DNA of 64,000 nt from Neodothiora populina (taxonomy: Eukaryota), in NCBI RefSeq assembly GCF_041146345.1, contig NW_027191411.1, positions 744,001 through 808,000 of the forward strand. Direction: 5' to 3'. The position numbers and the translations under genes are program-made. This document shows positions 62,542 through 64,000 of the stretch, in pieces (position 1 is the first letter of the stretch; every line of letters starts with the position of its first letter). Under the pieces are notes generated by a model. That model saw only the letters and a list, made by a program, of their open reading frames with translations, was not told the DNA's origin and searched no databases.

Positions 62542-62954
62542 CGAGGGGCTTGGCATTCTTCGTCTTCGACTATGATGATGATGGTAATGGTAGTGATGAA
62601 CAGAGACATGTTTCCATCTTCCTCCTTCTCCCTCTCTATCTTCGGACTTTGGGGGAAGAAAAAAAGAAAAGGAACAGAGGACAGCGAGATGATGTGAGCA
62701 TCATATCACTTTGTAACAGAGATATGGGGGTCATGATGATTGTGAGGTTTGTTTGCTTGTTCTTTATGTACATGATATGATATAGTGTTTTGTGTTTAAA
62801 GCGTAAAGTGTGAATTGTTGAGCAATCGAGAAGGAGAGAGAGATGAGAAACAGGGAGTCAAATCAAGGCCTGTGGCAGAAGAGAAAATGGGACCAAGGGC
62901 CAACTATCGTAGGTATACATACAAGAGACGAAACGAAAAGGGGCAAGGGGATCA

Positions 62955-64000
62955 TCATACGCCAGAGTAAACCGCGGTGCAAGCCCTGCCGCACTCGACC
63001 CTCTGCTCCATACTCACCTTGCGACCATCGGGCAACCTGACCGTCGACCGCGGCGTGATCTGGAACCTGTGCTCTTCTCCCCTCCTGATTTTCTTCTCTG
63101 CCACCTGATCCAGCGGCTGGATATAGAGGGGCGTGTTGACGTTGTTCCTCTTGCCGGTGCCTAATTGGTAATGCTCGTTTCCGCCCCAGAACAGGATGTC
63201 CGCGCCCCAGTTGGTGTCGTTCTCGGAACTCGAGGATGCTGCCGAAGCGCTGGTGTATGTGACGTTGGCCATGACGGCCGCTGCGTGCGTGGCGCCTGCC
63301 GATAGGCGCGAGAGACGGATGGGCACCGTCTTGTTGTTGATCTCGTCGTATTCGAACAGCGAGGAAAAGGCGGGCATCTTGGTCGGCGTGGGCTGCACGT
63401 GGGTCCATCTGCTGTTGCCCAGTGTGCCGTAGATACCCGAGCCGAATGCGAAAGTGTCTGCCGTCACGCGCCCGAGTCCGCGCATGTCGTCGGAGCCCTG
63501 AGAGGCGACTTTGGTGGCGTCGACGGCCATGTACGAGTTGTTGCCGCCTGCTGCGATCTTGGTCACGACGGGGACTTGCCATGTACCGGCATAGAGCTTC
63601 TGGGTGGGGACGAGGGCGGGATTGTCGATGACGGCGGACTCGGAGGTGTACTCGAAACCCAGTTGTCCCGAGGAGTTGTCGCCGAATGCGAAAAGGCGGC
63701 CGTCTTTGTCGAGGGCGAGACTGTGGTAGTCTCCGCATGCGACCTGGGAAATCTCAAAGCCTTTTAGAGTGGTGATCTCGTGGGGCTGATCGAAGGGGCC
63801 TGGGGGCTTGGTCATCCAGGTCAGTCCCGGAATGCCCATCTGTCCTCGCTCGGGAAAGGAATCCGTGGCCGAGGCGGCGGAAAAGACACGGCCCTTGGAC
63901 GTCAACAACAAAGCATGCTCTTGCCCACCCGCCACGCTCTTGATCTTCTCGTTCCACGTCAGGTCCTTGGGTTGCAGGGTTCTGTAGCTGATGGGCGCAG
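62955..64000 (-). CDS. FMP25: Mitochondrial RCC1-repeat protein Fmp25-like (5' end outside window)
   Basis: RCC1 blades AGGQEHALLLT, ACGDYHSLALD...FGDNSSGQLG and WGGNEHYQLGTGKR. The frame is open to the window edge. Confidence 0.85.
   Translation of the reverse strand, partial: APISYRTLQPKDLTWNEKIKSVAGGQEHALLLTSKGRVFSAASATDSFPERGQMGIPGLTWMTKPPGPFDQPHEITTLKGFEISQVACGDYHSLALDKDGRLFAFGDNSSGQLGFEYTSESAVIDNPALVPTQKLYAGTWQVPVVTKIAAGGNNSYMAVDATKVASQGSDDMRGLGRVTADTFAFGSGIYGTLGNSRWTHVQPTPTKMPAFSSLFEYDEINNKTVPIRLSRLSAGATHAAAVMANVTYTSASAASSSSENDTNWGADILFWGGNEHYQLGTGKRNNVNTPLYIQPLDQVAEKKIRRGEEHRFQITPRSTVRLPDGRKVSMEQRVECGRACTAVYSGV

Noticed and set aside
62863..63738. 291-aa Arg-rich ORF
   Set aside because: Off-frame overlap with FMP25.

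Overview
Eukaryotic nuclear DNA from a filamentous ascomycete (Pezizomycotina, possibly Eurotiomycetes/Chaetothyriales; the taxon is inferred from protein style and short GT-AG introns with CTRAY branch sites). The window is gene-dense and mostly housekeeping, with about 22 protein-coding loci: a GTPBP-like GTPase, a C2H2 factor, ureidoglycolate lyase, Eco1, a Pro-rich protein, an Rrg1-like methyltransferase, a Nudix hydrolase, a frameshifted HeLo-like/ankyrin gene, a Sec7-PH Arf-GEF, Pom152, a UCH37-like deubiquitinase, a degenerate C2H2 gene, a rhomboid protease, Dhh1, Dpm1, succinyl-CoA ligase beta, a thiolase, Med14, Atg22, PDI, a hypothetical gene and a partial Fmp25. I found no rRNA, tRNA, CRISPR array or recognisable transposon. 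The most unusual region is 35.6-38.5 kb: an array of about 12 AGCTCGT-like motifs precedes a C2H2 zinc-finger gene whose frame continues through two in-frame TAG codons into a 36-bp repeat tail, with RIP-like CA>TA changes. Other points of interest are a candidate 3-nt microexon in ATG22, an MCB-box cluster upstream of ECO1, a recurrent intergenic TACAGTA motif and a C-rich to G-rich switch at gene ends. I cannot show a wholly new biological system from the sequence alone. Exon boundaries were worked out by hand.
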